A stretch of DNA of 64,000 nt from Candidatus Desulfatibia vada (GCA_014383215.1 JACNIG010000247.1:4786-68785); one strand, 5' to 3'; positions 45,950 through 55,092 are shown, counted from the stretch's first letter. The notes: a model not told the origin generated them from the letters alone. Made by a program: numbers and translations.

Positions 45950-46548
45950 CAAATGTTGTGTCTGGTCTCCAGAGCTCTTTTCAAAGTAACCGCATCCACA
46001 TATTTCAGGTCCCCTCCCATGGGTACGCCTGATGCTATGCGCGTCACTTTGACGTTGCAACTTTCAAGACATTCGGCAAGATAAGATGCCGTCGCCTCCC
46101 CTTCAACATTTGTGCTGGTGGCAAGTATAACCTCTTGGACCTTGCCGGCCTCTACTCTTGATATAAGCTCTTTGATTCTGATATGCTCCGGTCCAACACC
46201 GTTCATTGGAGAAAGTACGCCCTGAAGGACATGATACCGTCCTTTGAAAGAACCTGCTTTTTCAACTGCAACCATATCGGCAATCTGTTCCACAACACAT
46301 AAAACGCTTGAAGTTCGGGTCGGGTCACTGCAAATACCACAGACATCGGCTGCACTCAGTGCAAAGCACTTTAAGCATATTCTGACTTTATCTTTGACCT
46401 CCAAGATGCTGCGTGCAAATTGTTCGGCTTCTTTTTGCGTTGCACGCATTACATGCATTGCAAGACGTTCGGCCGTCTTTTGTCCGACTCCCGGAAGCTT
46501 TGAAAAATTTTGTATTAATTGCAAAACCGGTAAAGGATAGTGGCTCAT
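45949..46548 (-). CDS. recR: recombination protein RecR
   Basis: 199 aa with the HhH segment LPGVGQKTAERLA, the zinc finger CLKC...CGIC, and a Toprim domain. Confidence 0.96.
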   Translation of the reverse strand: MSHYPLPVLQLIQNFSKLPGVGQKTAERLAMHVMRATQKEAEQFARSILEVKDKVRICLKCFALSAADVCGICSDPTRTSSVLCVVEQIADMVAVEKAGSFKGRYHVLQGVLSPMNGVGPEHIRIKELISRVEAGKVQEVILATSTNVEGEATASYLAECLESCNVKVTRIASGVPMGGDLKYVDAVTLKRALETRHNI

Positions 46549-46552
46549 ATCT

Positions 46553-46864
46553 TTACATCAGTCCCGGAATATTCAGACCGCCGGTCAGTTTGCTCATCTC
46601 TTGTGTGACCATTTCCTGAGATTTCAGTAAGGCGTCATTTACGGCCGCAAGAATAAGGTCCTGAAGCATCTCCACATCATCAGGATCAACAACTTCCTTT
46701 TCAATCTGAATGGATATTATTTGTTGTTTTCCGCTGGCCACAACTTTAACCATACCACCGCCGGAAGTTGTTTCAATCGTCTTTGCAGCCATTTCTTCCT
46801 GCAGTCGCTGCATCTTGGCTTGCAGCTTCTGGGCCTGCTTCATTACATTTCCCATACCTTTCAT
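46553..46864 (-). CDS. ybaB: YbaB/EbfC-family nucleoid-associated protein
   Basis: 103 aa: ...[17 protein letters not shown]... It occupies the conserved dnaX-ybaB-recR position. Confidence 0.93.
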   Translation of the reverse strand: MKGMGNVMKQAQKLQAKMQRLQEEMAAKTIETTSGGGMVKVVASGKQQIISIQIEKEVVDPDDVEMLQDLILAAVNDALLKSQEMVTQEMSKLTGGLNIPGLM

Positions 46865-46874
46865 TTAAAGCCCC

Positions 46875-48536
46875 CTATAAAATTTTTACGTCTACAACCT
46901 TGCCGTTGAAAATCTCGACTGCATCAGCAACCAGATGATGTCCCAAAGCCTCTTTTTCCATACTCTCCGCCAGACTTTTTTCGCGCTGATTTTCAGCGCT
47001 CGAGTTTTGTTTGGCTGTTATCCGCACATCCATCTCTTTTCCGAAAAAGTCGTTGCATACTTTTTTTATTATGGCCACGTTTTTTTGCCGCCGGATCATA
47101 CTGATGTTAAAACCATTGCCGCTGACTTCGATTTCCAGGCTTTGGTCCGTGAGGTTCTTTAAAACAGCATTTTTCAGATTTGCCGCCAGGGAAGGATGTT
47201 TTTCTGATAATATTGAGAAAATTTTCTGCCAGATTTCATCAATCTTTTGGTTAACATCAAAAGTAGCCGCCGCATAAGGTGCTGTGTGTTCGGCTGTAGC
47301 CTCGGCCTCGCTCAACGTCCCCTTTGAACCCGTTGAGGCGCCACGATTTACGGGCTCTGGTTCGATATCGCTATCCACAGGCCGGGTTTCATAAATATCT
47401 TTGCGCAGATTATCAAGCTTTGCTATAAGTTCATCGATCGGCAGGGCCGGTTTGATTTGATGCAGCCTCATAAATATCATCTCCATCGCCAGTTTCGGCT
47501 GAGATAAATATCCCAAAGTCGTCTCTTCCGTAAAGAGCAGGTCAAAAACCTGGTTCAAAAATGCCCCGGGAACATCTTTGACCTGTTCAATCATCAGATT
47601 AATCTCGTGAGCAGGGATATCCACAAGTTTGCTGGCCTTTTCCCCCAATTTAACGACAACCAGGTTTCTGAAATGCTCAACCAGATCGGCATACAGTTTT
47701 TTCATGTCATAGCCGCTGCTGTATAGCTCATCCACTATCTCAAGAACCTGAGCGATATCCCCGCCTAATAGGGCCGCCGCAAGATCAAATATAGTCTTCC
47801 GGTCTACCACGCCCAGTATGTCCAGTATCTGCTGATTAGTTATTGTCCCTGCCGTAGTGGACATCACCAGGTCAAGGAGGCTCAAGGCATCTCTCATGCT
47901 TCCGGCGCCCTGGCGTGCCAACAATCCCAAGCTCTCCGCGTCGATATCAACACCTTCCTTTATGCAGATCGCCTCTAAGTGCCTGATAATAGATTCAACG
48001 TCGATAAGCTTGAAATCGTGCCGCTGGCAACGGGAAAGAATTGTTATCGGAATTTTGTGAGGTTCGGTAGTAGCAAAAATAAACATCACATGTGACGGAG
48101 GCTCTTCCAGAGTTTTTAGCAGCGCGTTAAATGCGGCCATGCTGAGCATGTGGACTTCATCAATGATATATATCTTGTAAAGGCTGTAGGCCGGGGAATA
48201 TTTTACATTTTCACGCAGTTCCCTGATCTGATCAACGCTGTTGTTTGAGGCGCCGTCAATTTCAAATACATCCATACTGCGTCCTGCGGTTATCTCCCGG
48301 CAGGATCTACATTCATTGCATGGCACTGAAGCAGGGCCGACTTCACAATTCATGGCCTTTGCCATTATACGGGCAACCGTTGTCTTGCCGGTACCTCTGG
48401 GCCCTGAAAAAAGGATGGCATGGGCAACTCGATCTGTTGATATGGCATTGGTCAACGTTCGGGAAACATGATCTTGTTTGACAACTTGATCAAAAGTCTG
48501 GGGACGGTATTTGCGTGCCAGGACAAGATAGGACAT
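46875..48536 (-). CDS. dnaX: DNA polymerase III subunits gamma/tau
   Basis: 553 aa: ARKYRPQTF, FSGPRGTGKTT, CNECRSCREI, IIDEVHML. Confidence 0.96.
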   Translation of the reverse strand: MSYLVLARKYRPQTFDQVVKQDHVSRTLTNAISTDRVAHAILFSGPRGTGKTTVARIMAKAMNCEVGPASVPCNECRSCREITAGRSMDVFEIDGASNNSVDQIRELRENVKYSPAYSLYKIYIIDEVHMLSMAAFNALLKTLEEPPSHVMFIFATTEPHKIPITILSRCQRHDFKLIDVESIIRHLEAICIKEGVDIDAESLGLLARQGAGSMRDALSLLDLVMSTTAGTITNQQILDILGVVDRKTIFDLAAALLGGDIAQVLEIVDELYSSGYDMKKLYADLVEHFRNLVVVKLGEKASKLVDIPAHEINLMIEQVKDVPGAFLNQVFDLLFTEETTLGYLSQPKLAMEMIFMRLHQIKPALPIDELIAKLDNLRKDIYETRPVDSDIEPEPVNRGASTGSKGTLSEAEATAEHTAPYAAATFDVNQKIDEIWQKIFSILSEKHPSLAANLKNAVLKNLTDQSLEIEVSGNGFNISMIRRQKNVAIIKKVCNDFFGKEMDVRITAKQNSSAENQREKSLAESMEKEALGHHLVADAVEIFNGKVVDVKIL

Positions 48537-48628
48537 ATAGACACTTCTCGCTTAATAGATCAGATTTGAGAAAAAACTCCCCGAATGCTCAATTAATTAC
48601 GTTTTAAGAGCGGCGCAGCCGCGTTATA

Positions 48629-48650
48629 CAAAATCGCTAAACGATTTTAT
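48629..48650. repeat. AAAATCG-loop-CGATTTT small hairpin (REP-like family), copy 1
   Basis: CAAAATCGCTAAACGATTTTAT lies immediately 3' of tRNA-Ser(GGA). Confidence 0.75.
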
Positions 48651-48739
48651 GGCGGAGAGAGAGGGATTCGAACCCTCGGTACCTTTACAGCACACACGAT
48701 TTCCAGTCGTGCTCCTTCGGCCAGCTCGGACATCTCTCC
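48650..48739 (-). tRNA. tRNA-Ser (anticodon GGA)
   Basis: Read by hand on the minus strand: GGAGAGATGTCCGAGCTGGCCGAAGGAGCACGACTGGAAATCGTG...long variable arm...GGTTCGAATCCCTCTCTCTCCGCCA. The anticodon loop is CT-GGA-AA, and CCA is encoded. Confidence 0.9.
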
Positions 48740-48743
48740 GCTT

Positions 48744-48797
48744 ATAAAATCGCAAAGCGATTTTGTAATTGCCAATAAAATCGCTAAACGATTTTAT
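48744..48797. repeat. two more AAAATCG-loop-CGATTTT hairpins between the two tRNA-Ser genes
   Basis: ATAAAATCGCAAAGCGATTTTGT (48744-48766) and ATAAAATCGCTAAACGATTTTAT (48775-48797). Confidence 0.75.
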
Positions 48798-48886
48798 TGG
48801 CGGAGAGGGCGAGATTCGAACTCGCGGAGGCAATTAACCTCAACAGTTTTCGAGACTGCCGCCTTAGACCACTCGGCCACCTCTCC
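48798..48886 (-). tRNA. tRNA-Ser (anticodon CGA)
   Basis: On the minus strand: GGAGAGGTGGCCGAGTGGTCTAAGGCGGCAGTCTCGAAAACTGT...long variable arm...GAGTTCGAATCTCGCCCTCTCCGCCA. The anticodon loop is CT-CGA-AA. Confidence 0.9.
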
Positions 48887-49016
48887 CAAACCATGTAAGT
48901 TGTCAATAGTGTTAAATCCAATATACCGCTTTAATATTTTCTGTCAACGATCTTGTCGGCAAACTTTTTAAACAGATTTCAGGATTTCCCTTGAACAACA
49001 TCATGCTTTATAGTAA

Positions 49017-49039
49017 TAAAATCGCTTCATGATTTTATA
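49017..49039. repeat. AAAATCG-loop-CGATTTT hairpin, copy 4
   Basis: ATAAAATCGCTTCATGATTTTAT is followed by a second small hairpin, CGCCCGCCTAGGCGGACG. Confidence 0.7.
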
Positions 49040-49105
49040 TAACGCCCGCCTAGGCGGACGCAAAAATAAATTGTTGAATTTGCAACTTTTTAATAGATTA
49101 ATGGA

Positions 49106-49311
49106 GGCAGCAGGTGATGAAAATTGGAAACGGGTGACTGTTTGAACACATTAGTGAGTCTTTAGAAAAAACAGCGGTTCGCTAACTTCTTCATTTTATT
49201 ATAGGCATAACGATTTAAAATTATTGCCATATTGATTAACCAACCCTGTTTTTTCTTTAGACTCACTTTTGCGTGAGTTTCAGCCGTTTTTAAATTTTAT
49301 TATCTGCTGCC
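49106..49311 (+). repeat. ~206-bp long hairpin, a distant relative of the 237-bp element
   Basis: The left arm is GGCAGCAGGTGATGAAAATTGGAAACGGGTGACTGTTTGAACACATTAGTGAGTCTTTAGAAAAAACAG. The right arm is CTGTTTTTTCTTTAGACTCACTTTTGCGTGAGTTTCAGCCGTTTTTAAATTTTATTATCTGCTGCC. It shares the GTG.CTGTTTGA...TTAGAAA.AACAG core with the 237-bp family. Confidence 0.7.
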
Positions 49312-49367
49312 GGGTTAGCGCAACAGAACTTGTTGACTACATTTCTAAGAGTTAGAAGGAATCAACC

Positions 49368-50702
49368 ATGGCAGAAATTATCCCTTTCAGAGGACTTCTC
49401 TATAATACGGATAAAATCAAAAATCTTGCAGATATCATAGCCCCTCCCTTTGATGTAATCTCAGAAGAAGAGCAGGAAAATTATCACCGTATCCATCAAC
49501 AAAATATGATTTGGCTGACCCTTGGCCGCACAACTGAGAACGACACAAGCGACAACAATCGTTACACAAGAGCGGCTGACTATTTAAAAACGTGGCTCTC
49601 AGAGAATATCCTGCTACAGGACGAAATACCGGCATTTTATTTAACCGCGCACCAATTTCCGCATGCAAACAAAACCGTCACCCGCTACGGCCTGATCGCA
49701 CTGGTAGGTCTGGTACCTTTCGAAGAAGGCGTAGTCCTGCCCCATGAAAAAACATTCTCCAAGATTAAAGCTGAAAGACTTGAACTCATAAAAGCATGCC
49801 AGGCCAATCTCAGCCCGATATTTTCTTTGTATTCCGATAAAGAAAACCGGATCATGAAAGCATTGCTGACCTCTGTTGCCAACAAACTTCCGGATGCAGA
49901 TTTTATTGACCACAATGGTCAGCAGCACAGCCTCTGGCGCATAACCGATCAGACAATCCACCGCCATGTTTCCGATGCCATGCAGAATAAACGTCTTTTT
50001 ATCGCTGACGGGCACCATCGCTACGAAACAGCCCTGCAATACAAAAAATGGCTGGCAGAGAACACTCCCGATTTCAACGGTACTCATCCGGCCAACTACG
50101 TCATGATGTATCTTTGCGGCATGGAGGACCCCGGAGTCGTCGTCCTGCCGGCCCACCGTATGCTGAATGAGGTTCCGGCTGCGACCAGAGCGTCTCTGAT
50201 TTCAAAAGCCTCTGATTTTTTTGATATCACCACAATACCCTATAAAGGGGAGCAGCGTAAAAAAAACCGGACTGAACTTTTAGCGTTACTTGAATCAAAT
50301 ACCTTAAAAAACTGCCTGGGGATTTTTATGAAAGACTGCCCGGAGCTTTACCTGTTGACACTAAAACCAAACGTTATGGAACAGATGTTCGGCGATGAGC
50401 TTGCAGATTCACTCAGAAATATCGATGTGACGGTGTTAACGCGCCTTCTTTTTATGGAGATCTTAGGTTTTGATCAGGCCAGACTCGATAATGAAAAACT
50501 GATTGCCTACACCAGGCTGGCAGAAGAAGCCATTGATTTGGTTGAGGAGGGCAAACACGATATAACCTTTATTCTGAACCCTACAAAAATTGAGCAAGTC
50601 CGGCATATTGCCGCCGAAGGCCTGATTATGCCGCGCAAAGCCACCTATTTTTATCCAAAAGTAATCACCGGCCAGGTCCTGAACCGATTGACGAACAATT
50701 AA
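49368..50702 (+). CDS. DUF1015-family protein
   Basis: 444 aa: MAEIIPFRGLLYN..., IADGHHRYETAL, and the C-terminal MPRKATYFYPK, all typical of DUF1015. Confidence 0.85.
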   Translation: MAEIIPFRGLLYNTDKIKNLADIIAPPFDVISEEEQENYHRIHQQNMIWLTLGRTTENDTSDNNRYTRAADYLKTWLSENILLQDEIPAFYLTAHQFPHANKTVTRYGLIALVGLVPFEEGVVLPHEKTFSKIKAERLELIKACQANLSPIFSLYSDKENRIMKALLTSVANKLPDADFIDHNGQQHSLWRITDQTIHRHVSDAMQNKRLFIADGHHRYETALQYKKWLAENTPDFNGTHPANYVMMYLCGMEDPGVVVLPAHRMLNEVPAATRASLISKASDFFDITTIPYKGEQRKKNRTELLALLESNTLKNCLGIFMKDCPELYLLTLKPNVMEQMFGDELADSLRNIDVTVLTRLLFMEILGFDQARLDNEKLIAYTRLAEEAIDLVEEGKHDITFILNPTKIEQVRHIAAEGLIMPRKATYFYPKVITGQVLNRLTNN

Positions 50703-50742
50703 TAGTTAACAATTAATTGTTAATTGATAACTATTAAGAACT

Positions 50743-51480
50743 TTAGGGCATGAACATCTTTTGCACTTCCTCGGTATATGATCCGTCTTCTTTATAAATG
50801 ATTAAAGGAGGACCGATTTTTACCCCCGGGCGCCCTCCTTTGCTCCCTGCCACTAAAATCAGTTTCGCTTCAGTATTTGTGTTTGAATGGATCGTTCGCA
50901 TAAATTTGGGCTCAATAGCGGCATTGCGCATTTGCGAAAGAATATCCGTTATGCGCTCAGCCGGATAAACTGTAATAAAGCGTCCCGCAGGAGGCAGCAT
51001 GCGACTGGCGGTTTCAACGACATCAAAAAGGGTGGCCTTAATTTCATGCCGGGCAATTGCCCGCTGCCGGTTAGGATTTATTCTTCCTGATTCTGCCTTC
51101 CTGAAAGGGGGATTACTTATTACCAGATCCACCGGCCCGGAAATCGTATCAGATTGCAACGTTTTCATATCCATACAAAGAATTGAAATCTGATCCCCCA
51201 TATTATTTTCTTCAACATTAAGGGCTGCAAGCTCTGCCAGTTGCGGCTGCACCTCAATTCCATATACTTTTATTGCCGGATGACGATATGCCAGTATCAT
51301 GGGAATTATACCGCACCCTGTACCCAGATCCAGAACCTTATCTTCGGGACGCAACTTGGCATGGCCGGCAATTAAAACAGCATCAATGGAAAAGCGATAG
51401 CCGCTGCGATGCTGCTTGACTTGAATACGGCCGTTAAAAAAAGCATCTTTAGTCAAAGAATCCATACTACACCGGTCCAA
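50743..51480 (-). CDS. SAM-dependent methyltransferase, tRNA1(Val) m6A37 (YfiC/TrmN6)-like
   Basis: 245 aa: QHRSGYRFSIDAVLIA, VLDLGTGCGII, ISNPPF. Confidence 0.75.
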   Translation of the reverse strand: MDRCSMDSLTKDAFFNGRIQVKQHRSGYRFSIDAVLIAGHAKLRPEDKVLDLGTGCGIIPMILAYRHPAIKVYGIEVQPQLAELAALNVEENNMGDQISILCMDMKTLQSDTISGPVDLVISNPPFRKAESGRINPNRQRAIARHEIKATLFDVVETASRMLPPAGRFITVYPAERITDILSQMRNAAIEPKFMRTIHSNTNTEAKLILVAGSKGGRPGVKIGPPLIIYKEDGSYTEEVQKMFMP

Positions 51481-51793
51481 CCTTGAATTTTATTTCTTCG
51501 ACCAGAACTTTGCCCAACACCTCGTTGACTTTTGCTATGATATCGCTTTTTAAAAATTGCAGTTCATGGGCCCAGGCTGAACTGGTTACATTCACTAAAA
51601 GCAACTTCCCCTTAAAAGCCTCCGGCCGGGCATTTTTAGCGATATTCTCTCCGACGGCACGATCCCAAAGATTCCAGATCTGAGCCAGGCCTTCATCGGC
51701 CTCATGGCGGTAGGACCGCAGGACATTGCCGATAACATTTCCGATCTGTGTAAATTCTTTAACGTTTTTTCTTCTTTTCATAACCTTACCCAA
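51467..51793 (-). CDS. DUF721 (DciA-like) protein
   Basis: 108 aa: ...IWNLWDRAVGENIAKNARPEAFKGKLLLVNVTSSAWAHELQFLKSDII. Confidence 0.75.
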   Translation of the reverse strand: MGKVMKRRKNVKEFTQIGNVIGNVLRSYRHEADEGLAQIWNLWDRAVGENIAKNARPEAFKGKLLLVNVTSSAWAHELQFLKSDIIAKVNEVLGKVLVEEIKFKVGPV

Positions 51794-51859
51794 GCGCGTC
51801 GAAACCGAACGATATTTGCCACAAAGGATATTATTACCCTAATTGAGTTAAAACTCAAT

Positions 51860-51998
51860 GTGTCAGTTGTTCGTTGTCCGTTGTCAGTTGTAAATCTAAC
51901 TCGGTTTATCCGGCGTTATGATAACGCTTTGGCTGAAGATTTATAAATCAAGTCTTTAATTCCTCTAAATTAGCTACGGACAACAGACAACGGACATC
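51860..51998. repeat. word-built hairpin (GTTGTC / GACAAC words)
   Basis: The left arm is GTGTCAGTTGTTCGTTGTCCGTTGTCAGTTGT. The right arm is CTACGGACAACAGACAACGGACATC. Confidence 0.75.
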
Positions 51999-52142
51999 AA
52001 GCATTTTTCTTCATGGACTATAAAGCAACGGGCCTATTGTCAAGAAAAACCAGGCAGCCTATATTTCAAACTTTTGCTTTTTGCTTGACTTGCATGGTTT
52101 GGTGACATAATTTATTTAAGCTAATGATTCGTACAACTAATT

Positions 52143-52165
52143 GTAAAATCGCTTCACGATTCTAT
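52143..52165. repeat. AAAATCG-loop-CGATT(C)T hairpin, copy 5 (slightly degenerate)
   Basis: GTAAAATCGCTTCACGATTCTAT. Confidence 0.6.
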
Positions 52166-52215
52166 ATAACATTCCGTTTAACGAGACTTAAACTTAAAAT
52201 TTACAGGATTAAAAC

Positions 52216-53250
52216 ATGAGCTGGGATTGGGAAAAACTTAAAGAGCAGCAACAACGCAAGGACGGAGGCGGCATTCCTCCTCAATTTCATGATTTTTTTG
52301 AAAAATTCAAGCAGCTCAAATTGCCGGGCGGTCCGCTGTTGATTCTACTTCTTATTATTCTTTTTTTCGGTAGTTCAACATTTTATACGGTCGACGTTGA
52401 CGCCGTTGGTGTTGTTCAGCGTTTTGGCAAATTTGTCCGTACCACTCAGCCCGGTCTAAATTTCAAGTTGCCTGCTGGAATTGAAAAAGTTACCAAGGTT
52501 AAGGTTCGCCGTGTTTACAAGGAAGAATTCGGTTTCCGCTCCGACCGCCAAGAAGGGCGTACACAGTCTTTATCCGGCAGTGAAACTTCCAGCGTATCTC
52601 TGATGCTGACCGGTGACTTGAATGTGGCCCTGGTGCCCTGGATCGTCCAGTACCGGATTAATGATCCTTACAACTTTATGTTTAAAGTTGCGGACGTTCG
52701 GCGACTGCTGGTTGATATGTCGGAAGCGGCCATGCGCCTGGTTGTGGGCGACCGCAGCATCAATGAGGTTATCAGCAAGCGGGAAGAAATCGCCGTTGAA
52801 GCCAGAAATGTTTTGCAAGCAGAACTGGACAATGCCGAATCCGGCATCCATATCGTCACCATTGAGATGAAAAAGACCAATGTTCCCGAACCGGTGCAGC
52901 CGTCATTTAATGAAGTCAACCAGGCCATCCAGGAGAAGGAAAAAATGATCTATCAGGCCCAGGAGGACTACAATAAAGCGATCCCGGCCGCCCGGGGAGA
53001 GGCCGACAGGACCGTCAAAGCCGCGGAAGGCTATGCCCTTGACCGCATCAACCGGGCGAAGGGTGATGCTTCCAGATTTGATGCTATCTTTAAAGAATAC
53101 GCAAAGGCCAAGGACGTTACCAGACGGCGCCTGTATCTTGAAATGCTGAAAGAACTTTTCCCCAAGCTTGGGGATAAATATATCGTAGATCATGATCAGA
53201 AGAACCTTTTACCACTGCTTAACCTCGGAAGACAAAACGGTATAAAATAA
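52216..53250 (+). CDS. hflK: FtsH protease modulator HflK (SPFH/band 7)
   Basis: 344 aa with one TM and an SPFH domain (VVQRFGKF...PGLNFKLP). It is followed by hflC with a stop/start overlap. Confidence 0.92.
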   Translation: MSWDWEKLKEQQQRKDGGGIPPQFHDFFEKFKQLKLPGGPLLILLLIILFFGSSTFYTVDVDAVGVVQRFGKFVRTTQPGLNFKLPAGIEKVTKVKVRRVYKEEFGFRSDRQEGRTQSLSGSETSSVSLMLTGDLNVALVPWIVQYRINDPYNFMFKVADVRRLLVDMSEAAMRLVVGDRSINEVISKREEIAVEARNVLQAELDNAESGIHIVTIEMKKTNVPEPVQPSFNEVNQAIQEKEKMIYQAQEDYNKAIPAARGEADRTVKAAEGYALDRINRAKGDASRFDAIFKEYAKAKDVTRRRLYLEMLKELFPKLGDKYIVDHDQKNLLPLLNLGRQNGIK

Positions 53251-54185
53251 TGAAATTTAAAGGTGTTTTATTAATTGTTGCAGCAGCTGTCATTGCCCTC
53301 GTCTATTTCTCCGCCTATGTGGTGGATGAAACCGAACAGGTGGTTGTGACCCAATTCGGGAAAGTAGTGGGCACGCCCAAGTATGCCTCCGGCCTGTATT
53401 TTAAACTTCCCTTTATTCAGGATGCGACCTATTTCCCTAAAAATCTTCAGCTATGGGACGGTGACCCCGGACAGATCCCCACCCTGGATAAAACCTATCT
53501 CTGGGTCGACACCTTTGCCCGCTGGAAAATTGTCGATCCTGTTAAATTTTTTCAGACTGTCAATAATACCGTCAGTGCCCAGGGACGGCTTGATGATATT
53601 ATCGATCCTGCGGTTAGAAACTTGATCACCGAAAACCGGCTGATTGAAGCGGTGCGCCAGACCAACCGGGGCATGGATACTTTTGAGCACGGTATTGAAG
53701 AAGCTAAAGATGTAAAATCGTTTCATATTACCATCGGCAGAGAAAAAATTACCAAGCAGATCCTGGAACAGGCCCAGCCCAAACTGTCAAAATTCGGCAT
53801 TGAAGTGGTCGACGTGAAGATCAAACGCATTAATTATGTCGAGCAGGTCAGAGATTCGGTTTACGGACGCATGATCGCCGAACGCAAACAGATTGCAGAA
53901 AAATTTCGATCCGAAGGTAAAGGTGAGGCCCGCAAGATATTAGGTGATAAAGAAAAAGAATTGAAACAAATCACCTCCGAAGCCTACCGCAAAGCCCAAA
54001 CGTTAAAAGGTACAGCCGATGCCGAGGCGACCAAATTATACGCGGATTCCTATGGCGTCGATCCTGATTTTTACTCGTTTATCAAAACGCTTGAAATATA
54101 CAGTGAAACCCTTGACAAGGACAGTTCGTTAGTGATTTCAACGGACTCGGAGTTCTTTAAATATCTTAAAGGGTATGCCCCATAG
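53250..54185 (+). CDS. hflC: FtsH protease modulator HflC (SPFH/band 7)
   Basis: 311 aa: VVTQFGKVVGTP...GLYFKLPFIQ... Confidence 0.92.
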   Translation: MKFKGVLLIVAAAVIALVYFSAYVVDETEQVVVTQFGKVVGTPKYASGLYFKLPFIQDATYFPKNLQLWDGDPGQIPTLDKTYLWVDTFARWKIVDPVKFFQTVNNTVSAQGRLDDIIDPAVRNLITENRLIEAVRQTNRGMDTFEHGIEEAKDVKSFHITIGREKITKQILEQAQPKLSKFGIEVVDVKIKRINYVEQVRDSVYGRMIAERKQIAEKFRSEGKGEARKILGDKEKELKQITSEAYRKAQTLKGTADAEATKLYADSYGVDPDFYSFIKTLEIYSETLDKDSSLVISTDSEFFKYLKGYAP

Positions 54186-54192
54186 GATAGAA

Positions 54193-54235
54193 AAGCACCA
54201 AGACCGCTTAAAGCGGAATTGGTGCTTCTTTATAT
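54193..54235 (+). terminator. terminator hairpin after hflC
   Basis: AGCACCAA-17 nt (itself containing GCTTAAAGC)-TTGGTGCT is followed by TCTTTAT. Confidence 0.5.
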
Positions 54236-54510
54236 TTAAGAAAAGCGAACCAAACGGCAATAGCGAGCGTACTCCCCTGACCGCCATGGCGGGATTGCGG
54301 GGAGCTTTAGGTATTATTTGCCCTTTCTTCTTTGATGGCGTGTACGAGCTAAAAGTTTTCTGTGTTTATGTTTTCTCATTTTTTTTCTTCGTTTTTTAAC
54401 CACACTACCCAACAGATCACCCCCACTTTTGTTTTATTTTTAACCAATTTAAACAATAAGAGTAATTTTCTACATGATTCAAATTTGTTTGTCTACAGTT
54501 TTTTTTAAAA

Positions 54511-55056
54511 ATGGCCATGGAAAACCTTGAAACTTTCAACGCAGATCAGATTGCCATCGTTAACAACGGCGTTGCCATGTCTGAAGAACTTGTGAGCAAT
54601 TTCTACAAAATGTCCGCCAGTCAGTGGCTTAGCCGCAGATACGATATTAAAACCTTGGCAGACCTCAACCCCGCAGAGACCGTTTGCGGACCCTTTGCTC
54701 AGGTTATCCGTTATCAAGGGCAGCGCAAAGATGCATCTTTAAGTTCCGCAGCATACGATTTTTACAAAATTTGTCTCCAGGACCATGCTATCCTGGCAGC
54801 AATCGCCCAATCACCGGGCATTAAACTTTTACCGTTTATTCTCTACATCGTAACCCATGAATTAATTCATATAGTCAGATTCAGCAAATTCCTTCAAGGC
54901 TTTGATGCTTCTCAAAATGAAATAGCGGCGGAAGAGACGCGTGTTCATGAAATAACGCGTGAAATTCTCGGCCCGGTTGGCATTCCCGGATTGGACAACG
55001 TATTGATATTTTATAGCAAATGGCGTCAGCCGATTGACGACTTGAACATTTCATAA
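54511..55056 (+). CDS. hypothetical protein with an HExxH motif
   Basis: 181 aa with no family I recognise. It contains ILYIVTHELIHIVRF, a possible zinc metallopeptidase motif. Confidence 0.5.
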   Translation: MAMENLETFNADQIAIVNNGVAMSEELVSNFYKMSASQWLSRRYDIKTLADLNPAETVCGPFAQVIRYQGQRKDASLSSAAYDFYKICLQDHAILAAIAQSPGIKLLPFILYIVTHELIHIVRFSKFLQGFDASQNEIAAEETRVHEITREILGPVGIPGLDNVLIFYSKWRQPIDDLNIS

Positions 55057-55092
55057 AAATAAAATCGCGTTACGATTTTATTTTTATGAAAT
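55046..55092. repeat. perfect 21-bp-arm palindrome containing AAAATCG-loop-CGATTTT (copy 6)
   Basis: CATTTCATAAAAATAAAATCG-CGTTA-CGATTTTATTTTTATGAAATG overlaps the stop codon of the upstream gene. Confidence 0.8.

Noticed and set aside
48624-48833. 69-aa ORF
   Set aside because: It spans both tRNA-Ser genes and the intervening hairpins, so it is an artefact.
48650-48886. Possibility that one of the long-variable-arm tRNAs is tRNA-Sec, which would support the selenoprotein call
   Set aside because: The anticodon loops read CT-GGA-AA and CT-CGA-AA. Neither has a UCA anticodon, and the acceptor stems look like the normal 7 bp. Both are ordinary tRNA-Ser.
48629-49039. CRISPR-like appearance of repeated ~22-nt units near the tRNA genes
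   Set aside because: The units are self-complementary hairpins at irregular spacing, and tRNA genes rather than uniform spacers lie between them. There is no leader and no cas genes in the window.
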